Shown here: piece after piece, positions 1 to 11,150 of the stretch
Layout: each line of letters opens with the position of its first letter
Numbering within the stretch: the stretch's first letter is position 1
IMG/VR virus record: IMGVR_UViG_3300042352_001346
Location: 16,909 to 80,908 of that record
DNA length: 64,000 nucleotides
Reading direction: 5' to 3' (one strand)
DNA from: a virus
Program-made: the position numbers and the translations under genes
The notes under the pieces: generated by a model
Told to the model about the DNA's origin: nothing
The model's input: the letters and a program-made list of their open reading frames with translations, nothing else
The model's database searches: none

Positions 1-44
1 ATATTTCCTAGATAATAAATTTGTAAAGATAAAATTTGTAAAAT

Positions 45-410
45 ATGCAAAAAGAAATAGTATTAAAAATACAAGAAAATAATTATGTTATTAAACCTAT
101 AACAGCAGGTAATATAATTGATATTGAAAGTGCTAAAGTACTTTATAGCAATAATACTTATACTCAATTATTAAGTAGTAATACATATAGTAATAAATTA
201 GCACAAGAAATAACAGAATGTTTTGCAGTTCTAGATAATATAACTCCAAAAGAGTTTAAAAAAGATTTAAATGTTGAAACTCTTTTTGAACTTGATTTAG
301 AAAATACTTTGTTATTAATTAAAGCTTATAAAGAACAAATTGCTCCTTATTATAATGGATTAATTGCTCTTTACAAAGAAGCATTTAAGGAATCAGAGGA
401 AAAAGCTTAA
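45..410 (+). CDS. Putative tail assembly chaperone
   Basis: 121-aa acidic helical protein two genes upstream of the tape-measure-like gene; positional inference. Confidence 0.45.
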   Translation: MQKEIVLKIQENNYVIKPITAGNIIDIESAKVLYSNNTYTQLLSSNTYSNKLAQEITECFAVLDNITPKEFKKDLNVETLFELDLENTLLLIKAYKEQIAPYYNGLIALYKEAFKESEEKA

Positions 411-427
411 AATGAAAGTTATTGTGA

Positions 428-805
428 ATGCCAAATTTATTAAAAAAACTTTCATTAAAGGAGGTTAAAAATTTCATTATTGATTGGAATGTTAAATTTC
501 CAATTGATAGATGGTATCGTCAAAAATATGGTATAGCTTTTAATTCTTCGCAACATAGAAAAGTAAGTCTTCTTGATATTCTAATAGATTATGAAGAAGA
601 CTTTCTATTTAATACTATGCATAGTCGTATATCTGAAAAAGATAAAAGAAAAAAAGAATATTTAAGTACTGGTATATTTTTACAAAAACAAAAAGAAGTA
701 AAAGAAAATTTATCAGAACAAGAAGTTGATGATATTTTTGACAATATTGATTTAGATTCTTTAAATAGAAATATAATATCAGAAGAAAAAGATAATGAGC
801 AATAA
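428..805 (+). CDS. Hypothetical protein, possibly second tail assembly chaperone
   Basis: 125-aa ORF directly before the tape-measure-like gene. Confidence 0.4.
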   Translation: MPNLLKKLSLKEVKNFIIDWNVKFPIDRWYRQKYGIAFNSSQHRKVSLLDILIDYEEDFLFNTMHSRISEKDKRKKEYLSTGIFLQKQKEVKENLSEQEVDDIFDNIDLDSLNRNIISEEKDNEQ

Positions 806-2696
806 AATAGAAAAAACGTTATCATTTAAAGCCGAAGATGGTGGAGTTTCTCAATTAATGAGTAAACTTACCAATCAGGCTGAGACTTATAGTAAACAAA
901 TTATTCAATCTGCTCAAAATCAATCTAAAAGTTCTAAGGAATTAATTTCTAATATTGAAAAACAACTTCAATTATTAGAAAGAAAACAAAAGCTTGAAAG
1001 AGATGCTTCTATAAAAAGAATACAAAATGAAGCTAATGAAGCTATAATAGCTTCTAGACAAGAATTTACTGATTTTAAAAATGGTAATATACCTTTACCA
1101 AAAGGTAAAAGACCATATTTAGAAGGTCATGCAATGAATGACCCTGAATATAGGAATCATTTAATTTCTCAAGAAGAGAAAAAAATGACTAGTTCTGTTG
1201 CAGGTATTAGAGATGAAGCTAACGAAGAAATTAAATCTCTTAATGAACAAGCTGAATTACAAACAGATTTATTACGTAAATTATTAGAAGAAAGTAAAAA
1301 AGAATTTGCACATAAGTTAGAAGAAGCAAATGATTCTAATTCTGAAAAAAATTTTAATGCTGCTATTATTAATGGAAGTGGTATAAGAAATACTCATAAA
1401 CCAATTCCTAATGGTGATGATTCTAATAGTCAAGTAGGTGGTGGAACTGATAAAGGAAAAGGATGGAAAGATGTAATGAAAGGCGTTTTAGGTGCAGAAG
1501 CAATTAAAGAAATAGGAAGAAGTTTACAAAGAGGATTTGGAGCCTTTCAACAAACTCAATCAGGTACAGAATTTGTTGAAGCAGAAATGTTTACAGCTAT
1601 ACCATTTGTAGGGCAAGGGTTAGCTGCAGGTAAAAAACGTTATTTAGAACAAAGACAAGCAAGAGAAGTATCATTAAATAAATTAAGAGCAACTAGTGGA
1701 TATAGTGGAGATAATATAAGAGATATTGGAATAGGTGTTGATGGTGTTGAAGGTACTAATTTTGCTAGTCAAATGGTATCAGCTAGAGGTTATGATGGAA
1801 ATACTTCTAATGCTACTAAAAATTATATGCGTTTTGGTAAAGCTTATAATATTAGTGACCAAAATTTATTAAGTAGAGCAAATTCAGATGCATATACTAA
1901 AAATGTAGGTGCAAGTGGTATGATTGAACTTGTAAATCAATTAAAATCCAATAAATCAATGGGTGGAGATACAAGTAGATTAGAAAAACTACTTGAATTA
2001 CAAAATCAATTAATTGAAGAACAAGGTTCATATTCTAATACAGTTGATGATAGTCAAATAGCTAAAACAATTGCTGCATTTAGTAGATTAAGTGGTGGTT
2101 TTAGTGATAATAGAGCAAGTGGATTAATTAAACAAGTTTCTAGTGGTTTAAGAGCACCTTCTAATGATTATCAACAAGCACAAAATTATGCTGTTTTATC
2201 TCAATTAAATCCAAATGCAGATTTTTTTGAAATGCAAAAAATGCAAGAAGGTGGATTCCAAACACCTGGATTTATGAAAAAAACACTTGATTTATATAAA
2301 CAACAATATAAAGGTCAAGATGGAATTGGTAAATATGCATTAATGAAGAGATTTGGATTAAATACTGGTGCTGCAGAAAGTATGTGGGATGGTAATTTTG
2401 ATGATACATTTGCTACTAAACGTTCTGAAAATTTAGGTACTGTATCATATAGAGCACAAGGAAATACTTCAAAAATAGAGCAAGAAAGAGCCAATATAAA
2501 TGAAGAATTTGCTAAAGGTATGTTACCAGGTTTAAAAGAAGCAGGTAAACAAATAGCTTCAGATATTGCAGAAGCTATTAGAGGATTAACTAAAGATAGT
2601 ATGTTATTTGAAGGAATGGGTAAGAAAATGGCTAAAGGTATTGAAGAATATTTAGGTAGTGATGCTAGTGGGTTACATAATTCAACACGTAGATAA
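795..2696 (+). CDS. Tape-measure-like tail protein
   Basis: 633 aa; N-terminal coiled coil, Ala/Gly/Gln-rich helical body; lies between chaperones and baseplate hub. Confidence 0.6.
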   Translation: MSNKIEKTLSFKAEDGGVSQLMSKLTNQAETYSKQIIQSAQNQSKSSKELISNIEKQLQLLERKQKLERDASIKRIQNEANEAIIASRQEFTDFKNGNIPLPKGKRPYLEGHAMNDPEYRNHLISQEEKKMTSSVAGIRDEANEEIKSLNEQAELQTDLLRKLLEESKKEFAHKLEEANDSNSEKNFNAAIINGSGIRNTHKPIPNGDDSNSQVGGGTDKGKGWKDVMKGVLGAEAIKEIGRSLQRGFGAFQQTQSGTEFVEAEMFTAIPFVGQGLAAGKKRYLEQRQAREVSLNKLRATSGYSGDNIRDIGIGVDGVEGTNFASQMVSARGYDGNTSNATKNYMRFGKAYNISDQNLLSRANSDAYTKNVGASGMIELVNQLKSNKSMGGDTSRLEKLLELQNQLIEEQGSYSNTVDDSQIAKTIAAFSRLSGGFSDNRASGLIKQVSSGLRAPSNDYQQAQNYAVLSQLNPNADFFEMQKMQEGGFQTPGFMKKTLDLYKQQYKGQDGIGKYALMKRFGLNTGAAESMWDGNFDDTFATKRSENLGTVSYRAQGNTSKIEQERANINEEFAKGMLPGLKEAGKQIASDIAEAIRGLTKDSMLFEGMGKKMAKGIEEYLGSDASGLHNSTRR

Positions 2697-5600
2697 TGCA
2701 AGATAATTATTTATATATACATAAAGATATTACTATAACTGATGCTAAAGAATTAGTAGAAGGTAATAATATTTTTTCATTAGTTAAAACATGGAATTTA
2801 AGAGGTTTATTAGATTATGAAATATATAATAAAAAAAATATTACACGTATTTATGAAACTTTATTAGAATCATTACAAAATTCAGAATTTAGAAAAAATT
2901 CTCCTGCTCAAAATTTATTAACTACTAATTATTTAAAAGATTTAGAAAAACTTGAAGATAAACAATTTATTGGACCTTTTAATACAACTTCCTTAGTAAA
3001 AGGTACAAAATTATATTTTCCTAGAATATTTTGGAATCATGAAGTGATGATTAGTGAATCTAATTTTGTAGAAACTAAAGATTATGAAGATTTTCTAACA
3101 GTAGAATTAAAAAAATTATTAAATGATGCCAAATATTTTCCAGTATCTAAAATGGATATTGGTAATAATTTTGGTAAAATACAAGAATTATCTCCTAAAA
3201 TAACAGTTTGGGCTTGGGTTAGAAGTCTAAATAAAGTACCTCATACAGATATTGAATCTAATAATGAATTACCTGGTCAAATAATTAATTTAACTCCTTA
3301 TATAAGAAAAATACAAACTTTTAGTGGGGCTGGAGGAGGAAATTTTACTATTAATTTAGCACCGATAAGTGGTTATTGGGATAATGATAATGGTTGGCAA
3401 ATAGATAAAGATTCAATTTTAAGATATAATCAAAATAATGAATTAAATATATTTGCACATAGTAATATTGAACAAAAAGTATTTGATAAAAATGAACAAT
3501 CTATTACTAATAAAGAAAATTTATTTTATTTTGAGCAAATAATGCAAGAAAATGATTTTATTTGGATTAGATATGAATCATTAAATAATGAATTACCTTA
3601 TAGATTAAGAGATTCTTCCAAAGAAGAAATATTTTCTGATGATATACCAGGTAAGATTTATGATATAATGGGATTAGTAGATAATTGTAATAATATTAAA
3701 AATTATGAAGGTGTAAGTGTTGATATTAATATTAGTGGTAGAGATTTAATTAAAATAGTAATAGAAGATGGTTGTTATTTTTATCCAACTCAATTTATAA
3801 ATGAAGGAATTTTTGCTAATGATACAAAAAGTAATTATTTACAAAGGGTAGAAGGTCAATTAGCATCTTTAACACAAGCATCTCAAAAAACAATTGAAAA
3901 TACATTAAAATTTATTTTTAATGCTTTATCTAATTCTGAAATTGTACCTGATTATTTATTTAGTCAATATCCAGATGCAGATAAAACTAAAAGATTTGAA
4001 TTTAATGAAAATTTTTACAAAGTTCATAAAACAAATTATTTAGAAGATAATAGAGATGAAAAAAATATTAAAATAATTTTACAAAAGAAATATAATTTAC
4101 CTAATAGTGATGTAGATTATATTTATAAAATAATTTATAATTTTGTAAATACAGCTTATAAAAAGAAAAAAATAACAACAGCAGGTATTTTTACTAAAGA
4201 TTATGAAAATATAGAAGATAATCCATATCAAAATATAACAGGTTGGAAGAATTTTGATTATTTTGAAGGTTTAATTGCTATTTTTGTAAGAAATGGAGAA
4301 ACTCCTGAGTATTTTATAAATCAAGGAATATCTTTTTATGAAGACCCCACTATAGATATATCTAGTTCTGAGGAAGAAGATTATGGTTTAGAAGGAGGTG
4401 TTCAAAATTATATAAATTTAATTTATAGATTAATTAGAAAAAAAGAAGAAAAAATACCTAAAAATGAAAGTAATTTAATTAATCAAAAAGATTTTGTTGA
4501 TGCTAAAGGAATATGGAAAATAATTAAATTATCAATTGATGATGATGTTAGAAATAGAATGTTGGTAGATAATACAATTGGTAATGAAATGGGAAGTATT
4601 TTAAATTATATACAAAAAGTATGTCAAGAACCTTTTGTGCAATTTGATTGTGATACTTATGGTGATAAATTTGTATTTTATGTAAGAAAACCACCATTTG
4701 ATAAGAAAAAAATACAAGAATATGTTAAAACATACATTGATAATATTGATGCTTTAAGAATATCATCTGAGGATGTTTCAGGTACTCAATTAGTTAATAC
4801 TACAGGTATGGCATATTCTTGGTATAGAATTATACCTCAAGGAGCATTGAGTGGTATGGGAGGAAATGATATTACTTTTGCTTATATAAAAGCATTACAC
4901 TTTCCTGAATATGCAAAAATATGGGGTGAAAAACCATTAGAAATTTATTCAAATTATATTTCTAATTATTTTCCAGCAGGTGGTAAAGAAAATTTATACA
5001 TGAGTAATGTATTAAGGTCTGTAATTGAAGATTTAAAATATTTAGTAGAAAGTAATGCTTATTTACCTTTTACTAGAAATGGAACAATTACACTTAAAGG
5101 AGATAGACGTATAAAAAAAGGAATTTGGATATTATATAAACCAACTAATGAAATATTTTATGTTGATAGTGTAACAAATATTGCTGAATTTAATGATGGT
5201 CAAATTGTTAGAAAAACTATATTAAATGTATCTAGAGGAATGGTTTATGATTTTGTAAAAGGTAAAGAAATTGATGGAAAACTATATAGTTATTTTAATA
5301 TTATAGATACTGATTATAAATTTGAATACAAAGAAATTGAAAATACTACTATTCAAAAAGAAGAAGTACCTATTATTGATAATAATAAAGTATCAATAAC
5401 TCCTATTAAAACATCTAATTCTGTTTTGATAGGTAAATGTATTACCAAACAAGTTATGAGGTATCATGACTCCCATGGTTTTGGATTTTTTGGTGCAGTT
5501 AGAAATAGAGAAAAAAATGGAATTAAATATAAAGGTACTCATCAAGGTGTAGATATTATTTCAATTCCAAATGAAAATGTATTTGCTCCTATAGATGGTG

Positions 5601-6565
5601 TTATAAGAGTAGCTTTGCCTGGACATCATAATTTACCAGGAATTTCTATATTAGGAAAGAATCAATATGATGGTTATGAAATAAAAATATTTTATTGTAG
5701 TTCAATTATTCCAGAAGGAACTAGTGTTAAAAAAGGAGATATTATTGCTCGTGCTAGTAATATGGCTGTTTTATATAGTCAAGGTATGACTAATCATTTA
5801 CATTTTGAAAAACATTTTAGAGGTAAATTAGAAAATCCTACTAATGATTTATTTAGAGATTTTTCTAATGATGATAAAATAATTAATAATAAAATATATT
5901 GTCGTAATTTATCTATTTCTAATGAAGGAAGAAATTATATAAAAGAACAAGAATTATTTCATGAATTTATATATCAAAAAGAAAATGATTATTATATAGG
6001 ATATGGTCATTTACTTAATAGTCAAGAAAGTATTGATACTTATAATAAATTAAAAAGTTTTAATAAACCAATTACTGAAATAGAAGCCGAAGGTTTATTT
6101 GAAAATGATTTAAAAATTAAAGGTGAAGATAAAGTAAAAAGTATATTTGGTAATATATTAATGATGCAAAATCAATATGATGCTCTTGTAGATTTTGGTT
6201 ATACATCAGATAATTTTGATAATTATCCTTTATTTATTATTAAAATAAAAGATTATTTAAATAGTCCTACTTTAGTTAAAGAAAAAGATATAAGAAATTT
6301 TTGGAAAGACCAATCAGTACAAGATTCAAAATTATTTATTAGTACTGATTTAATATCTAGAAGGGTAAAAGAAATAGAATTGTTTTTTGAAGGAATTACA
6401 GAGTATTATAATAATGAAGAAAAACAAAAAACTTTTATCAAAACTACTACTAAAAAAACTAAAGAAATACAAACAAATGCAGGTAATATTTTATCTTCTT
6501 TTAAAGTAAATAAAAATGTATTTAATTTCTTTTTAAGAAAACAAGATAAATCATTTAGATATTAA
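2696..6565 (+). CDS. Baseplate hub / tail-associated lysin with M23 peptidase and phage-lysozyme-like domains
   Basis: M23 motifs HQGVD and HLHFE; GH24-like motifs IGYGH, QNQYDALVDFGY, RRVKEIELF; hub-like segment GTITLKGDRRIKKG...FYVDSV. Confidence 0.7.
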   Translation: MQDNYLYIHKDITITDAKELVEGNNIFSLVKTWNLRGLLDYEIYNKKNITRIYETLLESLQNSEFRKNSPAQNLLTTNYLKDLEKLEDKQFIGPFNTTSLVKGTKLYFPRIFWNHEVMISESNFVETKDYEDFLTVELKKLLNDAKYFPVSKMDIGNNFGKIQELSPKITVWAWVRSLNKVPHTDIESNNELPGQIINLTPYIRKIQTFSGAGGGNFTINLAPISGYWDNDNGWQIDKDSILRYNQNNELNIFAHSNIEQKVFDKNEQSITNKENLFYFEQIMQENDFIWIRYESLNNELPYRLRDSSKEEIFSDDIPGKIYDIMGLVDNCNNIKNYEGVSVDINISGRDLIKIVIEDGCYFYPTQFINEGIFANDTKSNYLQRVEGQLASLTQASQKTIENTLKFIFNALSNSEIVPDYLFSQYPDADKTKRFEFNENFYKVHKTNYLEDNRDEKNIKIILQKKYNLPNSDVDYIYKIIYNFVNTAYKKKKITTAGIFTKDYENIEDNPYQNITGWKNFDYFEGLIAIFVRNGETPEYFINQGISFYEDPTIDISSSEEEDYGLEGGVQNYINLIYRLIRKKEEKIPKNESNLINQKDFVDAKGIWKIIKLSIDDDVRNRMLVDNTIGNEMGSILNYIQKVCQEPFVQFDCDTYGDKFVFYVRKPPFDKKKIQEYVKTYIDNIDALRISSEDVSGTQLVNTTGMAYSWYRIIPQGALSGMGGNDITFAYIKALHFPEYAKIWGEKPLEIYSNYISNYFPAGGKENLYMSNVLRSVIEDLKYLVESNAYLPFTRNGTITLKGDRRIKKGIWILYKPTNEIFYVDSVTNIAEFNDGQIVRKTILNVSRGMVYDFVKGKEIDGKLYSYFNIIDTDYKFEYKEIENTTIQKEEVPIIDNNKVSITPIKTSNSVLIGKCITKQVMRYHDSHGFGFFGAVRNREKNGIKYKGTHQGVDIISIPNENVFAPIDGVIRVALPGHHNLPGISILGKNQYDGYEIKIFYCSSIIPEGTSVKKGDIIARASNMAVLYSQGMTNHLHFEKHFRGKLENPTNDLFRDFSNDDKIINNKIYCRNLSISNEGRNYIKEQELFHEFIYQKENDYYIGYGHLLNSQESIDTYNKLKSFNKPITEIEAEGLFENDLKIKGEDKVKSIFGNILMMQNQYDALVDFGYTSDNFDNYPLFIIKIKDYLNSPTLVKEKDIRNFWKDQSVQDSKLFISTDLISRRVKEIELFFEGITEYYNNEEKQKTFIKTTTKKTKEIQTNAGNILSSFKVNKNVFNFFLRKQDKSFRY

Positions 6566-6570
6566 ATTAA

Positions 6571-7494
6571 ATGAATAATAAAAATAATTTTTTTAAAGAA
6601 CAAAGTGAGAGAGTTAGTAAATTCCCAATACCAGGTAAAAGAAATTCATCTGGAGGGGGGTATATTATTATACCGGAAGATATAGATAGAGAAAAATTTA
6701 TAAATAGTTGTAAATTAAATAATAGTGTTAGTATTGTTACAGAAAATTCTGAAAGAATTGATAATGTTAATGTATCTATAAATTTATGGAATTATTTAAC
6801 TTTTCCTTTAAGTTCAAAAGAAGTTGGTAGTCATATTATTTGGGTTAATATAGAAGTACAAAATTGTCCAATTATTATTGGTATTATTACAGATAAAAAT
6901 GAATTGATAAGAGGTGAAGAAAATGAAATTAGATTAGAAAGAGATACACAAGATGCACATATTATACTTTCAGGTAATTCTAAAGATGGTAGTTTTTTAT
7001 TAGAAGTAGAAAGTAAAGATGATAATCATGATGCTGAAATAGTATTTAAAATAAATAGCAAAAATAAAAAATCTAAATTTAAAATTATATCAGATAATAG
7101 TATAATTTTAAATTCTAAAAATATACAAATTATTAATGAGGAAGAATTAAGATTTACATTTCAAAATCCTAATTCAGAATTATATACTACTTTATATTAT
7201 AAAGTAGGTAGTGGTTTACATTATAAAGATGAATTTGGTAATGAATTTATTATTGATAAAAACGGTATAAAAGTATTAACTAATAAATATCAAATTAATG
7301 AAAAAAATGTACAACCTATAGCTTTAGGAAATTCTACTCAAGAATTATTAAAACAATTAATTAATTTAATAGGAAATACTACTGTTACTACTGAATTTGG
7401 AGCAATGCCTTTAAATAATAAAGATAAAATATTAAAGTTATTATCTTCAAAAGAATTTAAAAGTATATTAAGTTCATCAACTCATTCAAATTAA
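6571..7494 (+). CDS. Putative baseplate spike/assembly protein (gpV-like)
   Basis: Beta-rich protein following the hub; C-terminal QPIALG motif seen in spike proteins; position. Confidence 0.45.
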   Translation: MNNKNNFFKEQSERVSKFPIPGKRNSSGGGYIIIPEDIDREKFINSCKLNNSVSIVTENSERIDNVNVSINLWNYLTFPLSSKEVGSHIIWVNIEVQNCPIIIGIITDKNELIRGEENEIRLERDTQDAHIILSGNSKDGSFLLEVESKDDNHDAEIVFKINSKNKKSKFKIISDNSIILNSKNIQIINEEELRFTFQNPNSELYTTLYYKVGSGLHYKDEFGNEFIIDKNGIKVLTNKYQINEKNVQPIALGNSTQELLKQLINLIGNTTVTTEFGAMPLNNKDKILKLLSSKEFKSILSSSTHSN

Positions 7495-7505
7495 ATATAA
7501 AATTT

Positions 7506-7745
7506 ATGTTAGTAGAAGGAGAATTAAATGATAATTTATATAATTTTTTAATATCTATTAAAGATAAAGAAGAAGCTGAACAAGTTAATGCAATAAGGAA
7601 TTATACAAAAAATTTTGAAAAAATAATTTATCAATGTTTAAAAAATATAACTATAAAAATACCTGTAGGAGCAATTCAAGTTCAAGGTACACCTAGTAAT
7701 CAATCAAATATAAGTGAATTGATATTAGAAAATGTAGTTAATTAG
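7506..7745 (+). CDS. Small baseplate-region protein
   Basis: 79-aa ORF in the structural operon. Confidence 0.4.
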   Translation: MLVEGELNDNLYNFLISIKDKEEAEQVNAIRNYTKNFEKIIYQCLKNITIKIPVGAIQVQGTPSNQSNISELILENVVN

Positions 7746-7765
7746 TAAAATTTTAAAATTTTTCG

Positions 7766-7773
7766 TACATTTG
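7766..7773 (+). promoter_or_regulatory. Bacteroidota-type -7 promoter element
   Basis: TTTCG-TAcaTTTG just upstream of ATG 7783; -33 element degenerate. Confidence 0.55.
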
Positions 7774-7782
7774 TAAAGTATT

Positions 7783-8553
7783 ATGGCTGACTCTACAACA
7801 TCACAAATTATAAATAATGCTGTTACCTTAACAAATAATTTAGGTAAAGCAGTTTTGCATAATTTATATCCAGTTGATTTTGAATTTTATATGATTGCTT
7901 TTGAATTAGTAGATGCAGATAATAAAACTGTTGACTATTTAATTTTTCCAGTTAATCCTAAAAATGTAAGAGAAGAACACACTAATTTAGAAAATATAGA
8001 AAGAACTGCTGGAGGAATGGTTTCACTAAATTCTTCTTTATTTCAACCTGTAAATATTAATATTAATGGTGATTTTGGTAGAAGATTTAAATTTTTAGTA
8101 GGTAGAGAAAATTTAAATATGATTGCAATGTCTTATAATGGTGAAAGAATAAATGAATTTTCAAAACAAATAAAAACTGGTTATGGTGTTATAAAAATAT
8201 TAGAAAATATGGTTTCAATGTCAAAAACAATTGATGTTAAAAGCAGACCTTATAAAATGTATTTTTATAATCATATTACAGGTAATTCATATTTGGTTAA
8301 AAAAATTGTATTTAGTTGTGAACAATCATTTCCTAGTTCAAATATGATTCATAACTATTCTATATCTATGGTTGGAGTTGCACCAGTTAATTCATTTACT
8401 AAAAAAGATAGTGCTAAAGCATTATCTAATATGACTATTCAATCAGTTTTAATGAATGGAGTAAATAAATTATCTAGAACTATTTCTAATAATATTAATT
8501 CCTATGAACAAGGAAGAAAAATAAATAATCTACCTAGTTATGGTGGCAGTTAA
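7783..8553 (+). CDS. Baseplate/tail structural protein (tube-initiator-like)
   Basis: 256 aa; FPVNP...E motif; position in baseplate operon. Confidence 0.4.
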   Translation: MADSTTSQIINNAVTLTNNLGKAVLHNLYPVDFEFYMIAFELVDADNKTVDYLIFPVNPKNVREEHTNLENIERTAGGMVSLNSSLFQPVNININGDFGRRFKFLVGRENLNMIAMSYNGERINEFSKQIKTGYGVIKILENMVSMSKTIDVKSRPYKMYFYNHITGNSYLVKKIVFSCEQSFPSSNMIHNYSISMVGVAPVNSFTKKDSAKALSNMTIQSVLMNGVNKLSRTISNNINSYEQGRKINNLPSYGGS

Positions 8554-9478
8554 TAAAAATGATACATATTTATATTTTAAAAAAATAACTAAATTTGATA
8601 TACAAAAGTTATTTGGAGATTTTTTATATTTTATAAATAATCACTCACCTAATATAGTAGGGTATTACAGTTTATCTTCGGATTTTAATGCAAATAGTTT
8701 TAATGCAATGTTTACTCTTATAAAAGATACAAAACATTGTTTAGAATGTTTTCATATTAGTAAAAAGTATTTTGGTACTTATGAATATTGGGAGTTATTA
8801 GATAATGTTGAAAGTATTTTTTCTAAAATTTCAATAATTTCAAATATTGGATTTTTTCTTAGGTCTCCTTTAGGTAGTAATAATTATAGTGGTGGTAATA
8901 TTGAAAAAGAATTTTTAATAAAATCTACATTAGAAAAATTTACATTAGAAGAATTACGCAATTCTAATAATGAAAATGATTGGTTTAAAGTTGCTTTATA
9001 TAATAATTTAAATGAAGAAGATTATAAAGCAAATGAAAAATTTATACTTAAATATGTAGTACCTTCTGATTTAAATAAAACTTTTTTAAATGTAGTATTA
9101 GGATTAAATAGTGGAGAGTATTTAAAAGGTATAGATATAAGTAAAATTATTAAATTTAATTCTGATATTAATGATATTATAATTTTAACTCCGGAAGAAA
9201 CTCTTCAACAATCAACCGATATTAAATTAAATTTAAAAAGAGGACAAATACCTGAATTTCCAAATGATGGTGTACAAAAAGAATTATTTGTAGGTACAAA
9301 TGTAGCTAGTTTAAATTTTCCAATATTATTTAGGCAAATAACCAATTTATTTATTAAAGATGATACCTTTTCAAGTATTAGTATTATTAATGCTAAATAT
9401 GAAAAAGATGCTTTATATATTGAATTTGGTATAACTACTACTTATGGTGATAGTATAAAAAGAAAAGTAAAAGTTTAA
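8540..9478 (+). CDS. Baseplate wedge protein with C-terminal gp25/gpW-like domain
   Basis: C-terminal RGQIPEFPNDG...KDD pattern; directly upstream of baseplate J. Confidence 0.5.
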   Translation: MVAVNKNDTYLYFKKITKFDIQKLFGDFLYFINNHSPNIVGYYSLSSDFNANSFNAMFTLIKDTKHCLECFHISKKYFGTYEYWELLDNVESIFSKISIISNIGFFLRSPLGSNNYSGGNIEKEFLIKSTLEKFTLEELRNSNNENDWFKVALYNNLNEEDYKANEKFILKYVVPSDLNKTFLNVVLGLNSGEYLKGIDISKIIKFNSDINDIIILTPEETLQQSTDIKLNLKRGQIPEFPNDGVQKELFVGTNVASLNFPILFRQITNLFIKDDTFSSISIINAKYEKDALYIEFGITTTYGDSIKRKVKV

Positions 9479-9480
9479 TT

Positions 9481-10683
9481 ATGTTTACTGAAATAACTAC
9501 AACAGAAGAATTAAAACAATTAATTTCAGAAGGATTTTTTTTAAAAACAGATAAAATAACAAAAATATCTGATGATAGTGTATTAAATGGTTTATTATAT
9601 AGTAATGCGAAAATAGGACAAAAAGCTTTAAAAGAAATTGCATTAGTAGAAACTTATATTTATCCTGATTTAGCTAAAGGTGAAAAGTTAGATAAAATAG
9701 CTTCTGATGTAGGTATTTCTAAAAGATTTAATGCTTCAAAAAGTTCAACTTATATTAGATTAGTAGGTAATCCTGGTACTTTTTATGATTCAAATATTAT
9801 AACTTTTAGTAGTACTGATGGTATTAATTTTGAATTAGAAAGTTCAATTTCTATACCTGATGCAGGTTTTATTTATGCTAAGGTTCGTTCTAAAGAAACA
9901 GGTGAAAAAACAAATTCTGCTCCTTTATCAATTACTAAAATATCTCCTATACCTAATGGTCATTTATATTGTATAAATGAATATCAAGCAAGTAATGGTA
10001 GAGATATTGAAAGTGATTTTTCTTTATTACAAAGAATTAAAACTGGTCCTAATAAATTAGCTAAAAATACTTTAGAATATATTAAACAAGTATTATTGAA
10101 TGTAGATACTGATATTTTAAGAGTTATTTATCAAGGGAGAAATGCTCAAGGTAAAAATGTTTTAAAATTATTATCTCAAAATGGTGTAGCTTATAATAAT
10201 TCTCAATTAAGAAATTTTGAACAATATGTTAGTGATTATTTAGGTATATCTGATTTAAAAAGATATGATAATTCTGTTATTGGTATTACTTTTGAAAATG
10301 CTGCTATTTATCCAATTGATATTTCTGCAAGAGTTGAATTATATAATGGTGTAGATGCAGATGAAGTTAGAATTGAAGCACAAATAAGGAGTAGTAAAAT
10401 ACTTGATTTAAGAACATGGTCAAATGATAAAATAATTGATTGGGAAGATTTTTTAATAGCTATAAAAACAATTGAAAAAGTAAAATCTGTAAAAGACCAA
10501 TACTTTACTCCTAAGACAGATATTAAAATACCAAAAAATACATTTCCAAGAATAAGAGGATTTTTATTATTAGATATGGATGGAAATATATTATCTGATT
10601 CTAATAATGCTTTAAATTCAATTTATTATCCTACAGAATTAGATTTTAATTTTCAATATACTATAATGGGTAGAAATACTTAA
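9481..10683 (+). CDS. Baseplate J-like protein
   Basis: AKGEKLDKIA...G, GEKTN and ASNGRDIESD..L..RI are typical baseplate J motifs. Confidence 0.8.
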   Translation: MFTEITTTEELKQLISEGFFLKTDKITKISDDSVLNGLLYSNAKIGQKALKEIALVETYIYPDLAKGEKLDKIASDVGISKRFNASKSSTYIRLVGNPGTFYDSNIITFSSTDGINFELESSISIPDAGFIYAKVRSKETGEKTNSAPLSITKISPIPNGHLYCINEYQASNGRDIESDFSLLQRIKTGPNKLAKNTLEYIKQVLLNVDTDILRVIYQGRNAQGKNVLKLLSQNGVAYNNSQLRNFEQYVSDYLGISDLKRYDNSVIGITFENAAIYPIDISARVELYNGVDADEVRIEAQIRSSKILDLRTWSNDKIIDWEDFLIAIKTIEKVKSVKDQYFTPKTDIKIPKNTFPRIRGFLLLDMDGNILSDSNNALNSIYYPTELDFNFQYTIMGRNT

Positions 10684-10714
10684 TTTGGAAAGTTTAAAAT
10701 TTTTTATATCTTTG
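10684..10714 (+). promoter_or_regulatory. Bacteroidota sigma70-type promoter for the lysis cassette
   Basis: TTTG (10684) + 19 nt + TAtcTTTG (10707). Confidence 0.7.
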
Positions 10715-10736
10715 TATCTATAAATAATTATAATTT

Positions 10737-11144
10737 ATGAATAAAAAATTAATAAATAACTGGAAAAAAATAAAATATTTTTTAGAAAAATATGATGGTA
10801 TTTGGAGTATTCCATTATCAATATCTATTTTTTATTTTTCTGGTTATATTTTATCAGAAGTATTTGGTACTCAAACAGGAACTTATGACCCTGGTTTTAT
10901 ACAACCTTTATTTTTATCTGCTACAATTGTAATTGGTGCAGTTAATGTAGGTGTTATTGGTCTTTATTTTACTATAAGAGGTTTTCACAATTTTATTTAT
11001 GGTAAAAAAGATAAAAATTCAGTTACTAATCAAGCTAAAGTTGATTGGGTTAAATTAACACCTTGGGAAAGATTTAAAATAACTTTATTTTCATTGGCTT
11101 TTTTAATTGCATTAGTTATTATTGTTTATTTAAAACTTATTTAA
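10737..11144 (+). CDS. Putative holin
   Basis: 135 aa with three hydrophobic segments, directly upstream of the endolysin. Confidence 0.55.
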   Translation: MNKKLINNWKKIKYFLEKYDGIWSIPLSISIFYFSGYILSEVFGTQTGTYDPGFIQPLFLSATIVIGAVNVGVIGLYFTIRGFHNFIYGKKDKNSVTNQAKVDWVKLTPWERFKITLFSLAFLIALVIIVYLKLI

Positions 11145-11150
11145 TAAAAG

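Noticed and set aside
390-430. Programmed -1 frameshift joining the two tail chaperone ORFs at GGAAAAAG
   Set aside because: The second ORF is in the -1 frame, but that frame has TGA stops at 413 and 425 before its ATG, and the heptamer is not canonical.
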